Part shown: positions 7,703 through 19,700 of the stretch, in pieces | How the letters are laid out: each line of letters opens with the position of its first letter | Position numbering within the stretch: position 1 is the stretch's first letter | Assembly: GCA_963642145.1 (NCBI GenBank) | Contig: CAVIFU010000004.1 | Span: forward strand, 1 to 62,133 | Origin: Ruminococcus bicirculans (ex Wegman et al. 2014) | GTDB lineage: Bacteria > Bacillota > Clostridia > Christensenellales > DTU072 | Reading direction: 5' to 3' | Length of the DNA: 62,133 nt | Notes under the pieces: generated by a model | What the model saw: only the letters and a program-made list of their open reading frames with translations | What the model was told of the DNA's origin: nothing | The model's database searches: none | Made by a program: the position numbers and the translations under genes

Positions 7703-10700
7703 TCAACCGACGCTTACGTTTACGTAACGTAAAGCGCCGCTATATGTCCAAATATGCGTAAAGGTGTTATATACGTCTTCTACACAATCCGAGGCATAGA
7801 CTTTGCCGCTACTCTTACCGTCTTTGATTGCGCCCTCGTTATTCCAATCTGTGGTTACATAGCTCGAAGCACTCTGACTCGTAAGTCCGTAGAATTTGAC
7901 TTGCGCGGAACCCGAACTATATCCGCTTGCGTAGAATGTTCCCGTCTTGAAGAATTCCTTTGACTTGGGCGTGTATTTGGTGCCGCCGCCTATGTATTCG
8001 GCGGTGCCGTTAACCGTCATATTGCTCGAGCCTACGCCGTTGCCGCTTGCCGCGCCCATGTTGAGGTTGACGGTTTGCGCCGTTGCGCCGGAAGAAAGAT
8101 CCACATACAGATAATGCAAGAACTTGATGTAAACCGCCGCCGACGATGACGTTGTATTGCCTATCTTATCGGTGGTGCTGTAACCTGCCACCGCGCCTAT
8201 ATAAGTGGTATTGGCGTTTGCGTTATTGGAACGCCTGTTGACCATGATCTTGGAGTTGTTTCCGCTATAAACGTTATTCTCTACCGAGCCGCCTTTGTTG
8301 TAAGCGACAATGCCGCCTACGTAAATGGTGGAGTTATCGGCACTGAGCGTATCATGCATGGGTCCGTTACCGCCGCTAGTCGGAGTATAGTAGGAAGCGC
8401 CGAGCGTAACCACTTCGATTAACGCGGTGCTTATCGTGTAGTCGTTACTTGCGGCTACGGGGCTCGATACGGTCGATCCGGTGATTGTGCCCGTTCCGTG
8501 GTTATAGCCGACAATACCGCCGTACATACCGCCCTCGTAGGCGTTGCCTTTCTCTCTGGAAGCGTAGATACGAGAACTGAGCGTTGCGTCCCTGACGCTA
8601 CCGAGGTTGACGCCGACTATACCGCCGGAGATGGTGCCCTTAAACGTCAATCTGTACGTTGCCGGAGCTTCTAAGGAGCAACTCGCCACGTTGCCTGCGT
8701 TGAAGCCGACTATGCCGCCGACGCCGTATGAGGAGTACATGAAGTTATCGTCAACGGTAAGGTTGCCGTACACGCTCTGCGAAACCATGGTTGCGTCACG
8801 CGTGAATTTCACAGTGCTTTCTACGATGTTGCTGTTCTTGGCAACCGAACCCGCTATACCGCCGATTGCGGCAAGGTTGCCAGTCGTCAAATTGGGATCC
8901 GTAGCCGTGCAATTTGACACGGATTCCACCGTTGCGGCATCGCCGTTTTCGAGTACGGAACCTACTATACCGCCCGCGGCGTAGGGAGATATTACCGTTA
9001 CTTTCTCCGTCGAGCTGTTTGTTATGGTGGATCCGCTGCCGAGTGCGCCGACTATACCGCCGGCTCCGCCGAAGTATACGCCGTTGTAAGACGCGCCTGC
9101 AATAGCTCTTATCGTGTAGCCGGAAACCTTGACGTTATCGATGCTTGTTCCGTTAGCTTCTCCTGCCAACGCGCCGACATAGTTACTGCCGACAATATTT
9201 TTCGAGGAGGTGCCTTCTAGCGTAATGTTACCGATTTTTGAGTCGCTTATTCCTCCCGCCAACGCGCCGACATACGATGACGCACTCGCGCTGATAAGGG
9301 TATCGCCTATTCGGAGGTTATAGACTTCCGCATTACTGATTCTTGCGAACAAACCTACATAGTCGCCGCTCGCCGAGAGGCTGAGGTTTTTAAGTAGATT
9401 GCCGTTGCCGTCATACACGGCGTTAAAGCCGTTACCTTGCGCGCATAGCGGACTGCTCAAAGAATCGCTTACGTCGCCGAGGTCTATCTCCGCTATCTGC
9501 TTGAAGTACACTTTTTGAGTTTGGTTGTCTTTCGTATACGTCAAGTTGCACTCATTGCCGATGTACATATTGTCTATGCTGCGCAAATGGTCAAGCGTTT
9601 CGATGTAGAACGGATTCTCCTTGCTGCCGTCACCGTATTTGCCGTCACTGCTTGCAAACGGATAGCTCATATCGCTCGTTTCGGTTACTTTGGTTTCCTC
9701 CAATTTATCTTCTACCCACTTGTAGACGTTATAAGTTGCCGTATCGTAATACACGACGTGTTGAACCTTGGAAGTAACGTAAGAGCCGTCAAAGTTAATG
9801 CCGTAGTTGACGTTGCCGTTAGCCATTGACGCCATGCTCGATATGAGTTTGATTGCGTAATCGCCGGATACCGAGCCGTCGTACGTGACGCCCTGTTCGA
9901 TGGGAATATCCTCTATGATTATTTCGCCGTCTCCGTCATCGTCGTTGACAAAGTAAATAGCGGAATCACCGTAACCGTCGATAATGGCTTTTGCGAGCGA
10001 CGCGGGAAGCTGTAAGGAAGCCCCCGGATATACGTTGTGGAATTCAAGCCTTCCGTAAGTGCGGAATTTGAATGTGACCGTCTTGTTGTCGGTCGCACCG
10101 ATTATTGCCTGAGCGGCTCCGAGTTCATCGTTGTAAGCCGCCGCCCAGTCGGTCATCGTTTCGTATTCTGATTTTTCCTTGAACGTAGGCATATGGGTAC
10201 CGCTATTTGCGGAATCGGTACCCCATACGTCCGAATTGTTGGAATTTACGGATTCTATTCCGACCCATCTGTCGAATACGGGGTTGAAGTAAACGGGATC
10301 GTTTATGTCGCCTCTGTATCCGGTAGACAGCATGACCTTGAATTTGGTACCGACCGCAACATCGGTGATTTGAACCGAGCGACCCTCATACTTAGGCTCT
10401 TCACCGAAATTGCCATCCGCGTCGGCTTCGTAAACCAAGAGGTTCGGAAGAGTGTCTGTCAAAAGTTCGGAGTATCCGGATACGTTCGTCACGCGGAAGT
10501 TCATTGTGTAAACCGAGGTGTACCGCGCGAAAATCTTATACGAGTCTTTCGCTATAATCTTCAGTTCTCCGCTTTCCTCGTCATACGAACAGTATATGGA
10601 CGTGCCCGTTTCTTCGTCCGCGATTTTGTCATTTACAAGCTTGAAGTACACTCCGTTCACACTGTAATCACTATCATCTTTGTTCGCAACTACGTTGAGG

Positions 10701-13700
10701 GAGGTTCTACCGCCTTCGCCGTTTTCGCCTATATACCAACCTTCGAATTTGTATCCGTCGATTGTGGAGGGCAACAACCTTTGCACGGTGTCGTAATCGA
10801 ATTCGCCTTCACTCAGTCCGGTGCCGGCTATTCTGGGTTCGACGTCGCCTATTCCGTCGTTGAATTTATTCGCCTCGTTGACGGCAACCGACTGCACGAG
10901 CGTGATTTTTTCGACCTTGCGATACATCGGACGTATTCTGATAGCATATATCTCTCTTTCGCCGGTGCGCGTGCCGTCGTTATCGTATACCGAAGCCGTG
11001 AACTCGGTCTTATCGGGTCCGGTGCCGTCCTCATTGAGGTACGCCATATACGATGTGGAATACAACGCTGAAATCGGGAAGGTGAACGTAGACTTTGTCA
11101 CAAGGTTGGTTTGCGACTTGGGATCGACATACGGTATGTCCTTCCATTCCGCCTCATTCGTATTTTTGTCATAGGCAAGGTACTGCCAAGTTACGAATCT
11201 GAATCCCGATCCGGTAGTGCCTATCCAATTCAAAGTGATCGTATTATCCGACCACGTGTTGTACGCGGAAGTCGCCGACGTCTTGTCGCTTAAGCTTATG
11301 GAATTGAGCTTGCCGAGCATGGTAAAGCTTACGTCTGTATTTGCTTCGGACGTCTTGGGCTCCGCAATGACGCTGTTTGCGTAGTACGTGGGCAACGTGC
11401 TGTCATACATTACCGCCGTTACGGCAACTTGACCCGCGTCCAAATACTCGTTCTCACCTGCAAGGTACTCGTTCTCAATGACTACGTTATAGACCGGCAC
11501 GAACCGCGCGACAATATCTACTTTGTAAGCGCCCTCTTTGTTCTTGTTGGACTCCTCCGCAATGTTTACGCCGTTGGCGTATCCGCTCAGGTTGTCCAAT
11601 ATGAACGACTGAATATATTCATCATACTTGTTGCTGCTCGGATAATTCTGCCCAAGCTGAGTATATGCGTTGACGCCGTTGATGAAGTATCCCACAAATT
11701 GATAGCGCCTGTTCCAATCCGTATCATCCAAGCCGTCGAATATTTGTAGATTTACCGTATCGCCGTAATCGTAGGTGCCTTCTTCGGATGTCCCCGGCAG
11801 GTAACCGAGACCTAGGTAGTCTTTAGGGCTGTCGCCCTCATCCGTGATCAACGCAACGCTACGCGTAAAGGCAATGCGCTTACGGAAACGTATCTTGAAT
11901 ATGGAGTTCTCCGCCACGTTGTCGAGCGTAACGATTACCTTGCCGATATCTGCAAAATTTTGGGGATCGGAAACCACTTCGTTTTTCAAATTGTAGTAAG
12001 TAATCTTGACTGAGCCGTTTTCCGTATCCTCCAATGGCGTATATACCGTATTGAATTTTTTGTAATCCGAATCGCTCGAAGACGAGGACAGCAGTTCAAA
12101 AATACTATCGAAACGGAAGTTTGTGTTGGGGACTATGGTTATCGTCACCTTACTGCCGGCGTCAAACGACAAAGAGTTCTCTTTGAGCGACGTCACGGTA
12201 CCCGCATTCAATTGGTATGTAACGATACCGCCTTCGTTTGCCGTGCGCGATCCCACGGTCTCCACAAGGAAGCTCGCGTAAACCTTGTTTTTGAGGTAAG
12301 CGTAAACGGTTCTGTCTTCCAACGTACCTACGCCTGCCGTGGCATACTCCAACTCCGCTTTGAGAGTGCCGTCATTTTGCAATACGCTGTAAGAGCATCC
12401 GTTGGTGGGGTTGGTGGACATGTAGGAATCGTTGTATCTGAACGAGAGTTTACCGCCGCTCTTGACGCGATAGGTATATGTTCCGTCTTTTTCGTTGCCG
12501 TCCAAGTCCTTCAAAGTTTCCGTATTGCCTACAACATCGGGCATTACGTTGTCGGCGGCGTTGTTGGCGACTGCTTCGCCGTGGACAACCGTTGCCGTCA
12601 TGGTGGCGTACCGCCTGTAAGTCATCATGTCGGGGTCTCCGCTTATGAACGAACCGCTCGTATACTTATACTCGGGATAGACTTGCAACGTAATCGTATA
12701 AACGCGATAGTATACCGCGCGGAATTCTCTGTCTCCCGTAACGGTGTACGTGAGCACGCTACCGCCAGAAGTCAGGGTAATATCGTTTTCTCCGCTCTTT
12801 ACGTACTGCCATACGCCGTTTATCCGTTCTTGATAGCCCTCGAAGGAATATTTGTCAACCGCGGAGGAATGTATGCCTGCCGTAAACGTGGCAACCGTGC
12901 CGTATTCATGCTTACTGCCGGAAGCTACGCCGTCGGAATAGCTCGCGCTAAAGTTCAACGCTTTGTTTCCGGAAACGGTCGGAATTTCGGATTCCCTAAT
13001 ATAGACCGCTTTGTTCTCGTTTGCACTACCCTCCGCAAGGAGCATATTCGTGGAGCTCGCGTAGGTATCTTTTGTGTAGTTGATGTAAATGTACAACGTG
13101 CTGCCGGAAGCGGAATGGCAATCGAGTATTTTGAGTACATTTGCGTCAAGCATTATACCTATCTCGCTCGCCTTGGCGTCAAGAATATCTAATGACACTT
13201 GCTCGGTGGCTTCGTTCTTAGGTCTGCCGTACAAGGTTATGTTGCTTATGCTGTAACCGCGCTCCAAGTCCAACGTGACGATGCCTGGATTTACCGCATC
13301 GTAATATATGCGATTTGCCTTTATTGTCGCTTTGAGGTGATCGTCCGTATATCCGCCGATGATAGGCTTGGAATCTATATAGAACGATACGCCGTAACTT
13401 TGTTTCTCGTAATTAGGCGTAACGACAATTTTCTCTTTGCCGTTGACAAGCTCGTTGTTTACCTCGAGTTTAGTGCTGCCATGCGTAGTGGAGTAGCTGT
13501 ATGATTTGTCCGACTTATCCGATTTACTGTACTGTACGGGCACTTGAACGCCGTTAATCGTAAACGACGTCAGGTAATATCCGAAATCCGAATCCATATC
13601 GAACGCCACAAGTTCGTGATGGCTGACCTTTGTCGTGGATGTATCGCGATAGGTTCCGCCTTCTACTTGCTTATACTCTATGTCGTAGGTCTTGATTTCG

Positions 13701-16700
13701 TACTTGACAGAGAGCGTGATATTGCCTTTAACCGAAGAAATCGTATACGTGCGTTTACCGCTGCCGTCGTCGGCGGAAAGCTTACTTGCGTCGGAAACAA
13801 GTACGGTTTCCAAACCGCCGTCGTTATCCATGGCTATTTTGATAGAGCTTATGCGATAACCGTCGGGCGCGGTCAAAGACAGCGTTACCGCGTCAAAGAA
13901 GCGTATGCCGGGCAGGACGCCTTCTTCATCGATTTGGGAAGGATCGTCCGTAGTAAACGCGCTCCACGACGTTTTGCCGAATACGTTTTGGTTGACGACA
14001 ACGCCGCTTACTGCATTTAGCGTCTTGACGATTACGCCTCCGCGTTCAATGGTTTTGACGGCATTGTAATCTCCGCTGAAAGTAACATTGTACTTTTTGG
14101 TTTCAATCGTCAAGGTAAACGTTATGTTCTCCTTGATATTGGCAAGTATGTAAGAACCGAGTCCTTTGCTGCCGATGGCGCCGAATGCGTCATTATTGGG
14201 GTTGCCGTTGACAGAAACGCCGGTGAGCTCATAGCCTTCGGACAGGCTGACCCTGAGTGTTACGGAACCGTCCCACTCCACGCTTCCGCTACTCAAAAGT
14301 CCCGTACCTCCGTTAACCGCACCCACGCTTATCGAGTACTCGCGTATGGCGAACTCGACGCCGACTACCGTCGTTGACGTTATGACGGTATCGGTTTCTT
14401 TTTCTCCGTCCGCACCGCCGGTGACTATGGGAGTATCGTTGACTTTGTACGATTTGACATAATAACCGTTTTCAGAATCGGGCTTTGCCACAAACTTCAA
14501 CCGCGTGCCGTGGGTAACGTAAATGTTGCCTTCATCATCCACGGTAATAACGCCGCTGCTCGTTTCGTAAGTCTTGCTCTCTTGGGGATCGATTATTTCC
14601 GTCGAATAGGAACCTTCCGCGTACGTCTTGATTTCGTAAGTGCCGTTGGCATTGCCTTTCATCGCGACTTGGTACTTTTTGATCGTATACTTAACGACTA
14701 TCGCTAAGTCGGACGAAATCGTGCTCGTATAATAGCTTGTAGACGCCACTGCAAGCATTCTGTCCTCACCGCCGATGGTAAACGTGGTACGTTCGTATCC
14801 GTCGCCGGGATCGACGTTCAGCCTATAAAGGATGCCGTACTCATACAAACCGTTATCCAAAACGACATCCGCGGACGGCGCGTAGGGATTGAAAAATTCG
14901 ATGGGCGTGGTCGCCTTACAAATGAAGTTCGAGCCTTGGTTGTCCGCTTCCACGCTCTGCGTGAACTTATAGGTGCGACGTTTGAATTCCACCGTTACGG
15001 ATTGGATGTCCTGCGAAATTCCGGAGATGGTCAAATTGCCGCCGTTGGCGTTGATATTGTTTATGAGGTTATCCGTGCTATCGTCGCCATAGGTGATCTC
15101 GAATCGAGATATATAGTAGCCCCTCGCCGTTCTGGGCGCCAAAACGAACTTAATGTCGCTACCGTGAGCTATACCGCCGTAAACGCCGTTTTCCCCTTCG
15201 CGCCCGGCAATCGTGACTGTGCCGTAGGCGGAAGGCGTTACGTCGTAGGCCGCAAAATTCAAGCTCTTGTTGGTAACGTTTATTTTAACTTGATACTCGT
15301 TTAAGGCGTACTCGACAGCCACTATGATGTTGTCGGTTACGGAGTCTTTAATCTTTATGACCGCTTCTGACATGGCGTTGGTGTCGATGCCCGCCTCGCG
15401 CCACGATTCGATAGACTCGCCGTCAACCTTGATGCTTGCGATATGGTAACCGGCAGTCGCCACAAGCTTGACGGTTACGCTGTCGCCGGCGCTCAGGCTC
15501 AGAGTGCTTGCCTTGCCGAATGCGCCGTTACCCTTACGCGCCAAAGTTTCACCGCCAAGAGTATCGGTGATCGTTATGCCGTAGACTTTGGGTAAGAACG
15601 TTATCGTTATATCCGATGCCTCCGAGACGAACAATTTGAGCGTACCGGACTTCACGTTGTTGGAGCCGTCCTTGTAGATTACGCCGTTTGTAAGCGAAGC
15701 CGGATCGTACGTGGAGCCGTTTACGGTTATCTCGCCTATGTAGAAGCCGTCGTTGGCGACTATATCGATAGCGGTGTACGTGCCGTATACGAGTTCAGAT
15801 TCACCCGTGGTCCCGAGTCCGGTCACGCTACCGCCTTCTTTGTTGTGCGTTTCTTTGAAAGTGTACTGCTTGCCCGCAAACTTGGCTCTTACCACTATGT
15901 TGCCGTTTATGTTTTTCGCGTCGAGAGTGTATTCTACAACGGCGCTCTGCGTGTAAGACGGAATTATCGGCTTACCGCCTATCTCCAATTCAAAGGTATC
16001 CAAAACATATCCGGTAGCGGCAATAATCTTGATGTTCAAAGATTCGCCCGCGCTTACCGTCGTTTTGTCTACGGAAACCATGCCGTTATTGCCTACATCC
16101 GTGCGTACCGTATAGATTTCCTCGCCGAATACCGCATACGCGTCTATGTCGCAATCCACGTTGGTTATCTCGTAGTTGCCGTTGCCATCCGCTTGGACGG
16201 AGGCGCCGTTTATCGTCAAGGCTTTGAGCGTGTATCCCGAATCCGACTTTGCCGTAAGCGTTACGCTGCTGCCGGCGTCAACCGTTTCTGTTTCCGCACT
16301 CGACGACAGCGTGCCGTTGCCGCAATAATCGACGGTTACGGTATACGACTCCTTCTTGGAGATATCGTCGGATTTTTTGGGTAAGTAGACATATACGTCT
16401 ACGGACGTCTTGACGTCGCGAATTTCCAACGTGTAACCCAAAATCTTTTCGGTGTCGAACTCATCGCGTTCCGTAGCAAGCGTGTACTGTCCGTAACTGT
16501 CGCTCTTTACGTAGTCGCCCTCAAACGGCTTGTACGTGTAGGACGACGATGTATCCCCCGAGTTTACCGTAAAGGAGCCGTCCGATTTTACCTCGTAACC
16601 GTCCACGGGGTTGACCGTAACGGTGAGCGGATTGCCGTATATCAGAGTGCCGGTGACAAAATCGGGCTTGCTCGCAAGATCTTCCCCTCCGTTGATGCAA

Positions 16701-19700
16701 ATTCTCTGCGCCTTGTCAACGTTTAGGAAGTAGACGCGGTAATCGAGCATTATAGGAGCTGCCGAAACGGCTATGGAATAGTTATCCGCTATGTTGTTCA
16801 AAGTAAGGCTGTACTCGGTGGTTTCGTAACCTATCGGCTCATTGACTTGCTCGGAGCTACTCGATTTGGTGTAGGAGATCGACGAAATCCTGTAACCTTC
16901 TTTGGCTTTGATGACGAATTCGGCGTTTTGTCCGCTGCCCAAAGACGCGAACGTGTAGGTCGAATCGCTTGTCGTTACGTCGTCATACGTTACGGTGAGG
17001 TTGTCGCCGATCGAGAAAGTCGCGTAATACGTCGCTCTTGCGAACGTAAACACTATCGTGTAATCCGCCTCAACGCTCTTTATCGTATATAACCCGGTCC
17101 GAGTCCTGTCGTTGTATACGTACTCATTCTCGTCTTTGATCGCGTCGGAGGTAACCTTATACGACTTGATGTAATATCCGTCCGACGTATTGGCTTCAAC
17201 GGACGCAAAGTCTCCGTAATACGCAACGAATGACTCGCTTACCGTGCCCACGCCGCCGGTGTACGACGCCTTGATTTTATAATACAGCTTGTCGTACTCC
17301 ACGGTAAACTCGGTATCGCAATTTATGCCGTCTATGATAAATTCCATTTGCGTCACGCGATAGTCGCCGTTTTTCAAATCGGCGTATTCGTCTTTGCCGT
17401 TGATTTTCAGTCCGATTACCTTGTAGCCTTCACGCAAAGCGTACGGATCGACAATGGTGCCGTTCGCGCGCACGCTCTTGATGTAGTAGCCGTCGTCTGC
17501 CGTAACCGTGAACGAAGGCTTGTCCCCCTCTTTAATATCGCCCGTCGTATCGGCTACGATACTGCCGTTGGCGTTATCGTCCGAGGGCAACTTGACGGTA
17601 TACGTTACATCGCCGTAAACTATCGTTACCGATACGTCGGCGACGCAGTTTTCCACCGCAAATGAGTAATATCTCGCGTCAGACGGGATATCCGTGCGAC
17701 CTACGCCGCCCACTGTCACGCTGAGGATACGTTTATGTTCCGGAGGCGTGATTTCAAAGTAAACGCCCGCGCCGTATCCCACGGTAACCGTGCCGTTTTC
17801 TTTGATATATTGCTTTTCTTCGTCCGGAGCGCCTATCTCGTTATATGAGACTACGCCGGCTTTACCGGTGCCGTTGACTACGTAGATCTCATACTCTTCT
17901 ACGGAGAACTTAGCTTCAACGACGTAATTTTGCTCGATTAACGCTTTTATATCAACGTCGTAATACGCGCCTTCCTTTGCAAAGATGCCGGTGTTCTCGT
18001 CGCCGTTGATAACTACGCTTACGAGAGAATAACCGGTGCTCGGACGGAACCTCAACTTGAAATCCGAAATTACCGGCATGTCGATTCCGGAAGAGATCGG
18101 CGTTTCTTTCTCATAAACGGTGCCGTCTATATCCTCAACGGATTCCACCGCGTAAGCGGTACCGGAGCCGTTGATGTACACGTTGAGAGACTTGGTGTTG
18201 ACCTCGAATACCGGCACGACGTAAACAACGTCTTTTTGGACGACGTAAGTCCTGTCTATCGCTACGGAAGTGGGCGCGTAGGACGCGTCGGCAAGGAACC
18301 AGCCCTTGAACGTATAGTTTTCTTTGTGCGGGGTGATGTCCGGATAATCAAATTGTACGGAATCGGCTATTTTGTCGTTGTAGCGCACTTTGACGACTCT
18401 TCCCTTGTAAGTCGAGTCATAGCCGCGCGCCTCATCCTCAAAATCGGCGTCGTAATCGCTACTGCCTTTGAGGAAGACAACCGTCTCGATATTCTTTTGC
18501 CAATCGGTAACCAACGTGGCGTTTTGCTCGAAGATGGTATCGTTGGTGACGTACACCGGCGTGCCGTCCTCTTTGGTCGCGCCGTTTTCGATATACCAAC
18601 CCTTGAAAGTGTTGCCTACGGCGGTAAGCTTGGTTAAATCTTCCACATCGTAATATTTGCCTATCGGTTCGCCGTAAGGCAAAGTCACGGCATTGCTACC
18701 GGAATCGCCTATCTTGATCTCGCCCAATGTGTTGGAAAACGTTATCGTACTTTCCACAAAGACAAAATGCGCCTTGACATACAAGTCGTCAACGCCCTCC
18801 TTAGGCGGCGTAAACGATAACACGTACTCGTCGGTGTTGTCCGTGTTGGAAGAGGAGAAACTCATCGTCTTACCGCCTGTCCCTACCGCTATGGACGTAG
18901 CCGACGCATTAGTGGCAAGATCTATCCAGTTGCCCTCGGTATTGCGTATGGACCAGCCTATAAACTTTCGACCCGAATAGGGCGCGATACGCACGGTCGC
19001 AATTTCTTCTCTCTCGTAATAATCGTAAATCTCCGTGTTGGAAGCGGCGCCTCCGAGGCTCACGCCCTCTTTGTCGGTAGTAATATCCAAATGGAAGTCA
19101 ACCGCATACTTTTCGAACACGGGCATGATGTTGGTATCTTGGATGATGGAAGAATAATCTTTGTCCCAACCGACGAATTTGTATCCGTACAGTTGCATTT
19201 CGCCTTCGCTTTCTTTCGGGATATAAGTCGGCTTTTCGCCGTGCAAAACGGTTTGTTCGCGTGAAGTGGTGCCGTCCGGATAATAAAATACCACCGTGTA
19301 GCTTTGCCTTTTGAACGTTGCAATGAGCTTCATGCTCTTGCTTACGCTTTTGTCGGTACGGGAAGCGTTGGGATTGCCGTCCGACCACTCATAGAAATAA
19401 TAACCTTCGTCCGCTATGGCTCGGACGGTATCGGCGTTGCCGCCTGCGATGACTTTTTGTTCGGCAGTGCCGTCGATTCTACCGCCGGTGCCCGCAACGT
19501 ATTCGACTACGAGTTGCGTGGGTACGACGTTGAAATCCACCTTTTGCGTAAATCCGCCGTAATTGAGAATTACGTCTTTGCACTCACCCTCTTTGCTGAC
19601 GTCCAGCCCGTCGTAGACAAGCTCGGAGATGGGAACCTTTTTGGTTTCTCCGTTGTCGTAACGCACGACGGCATAGACTGTGGTCAAGTCCGCGTTAACG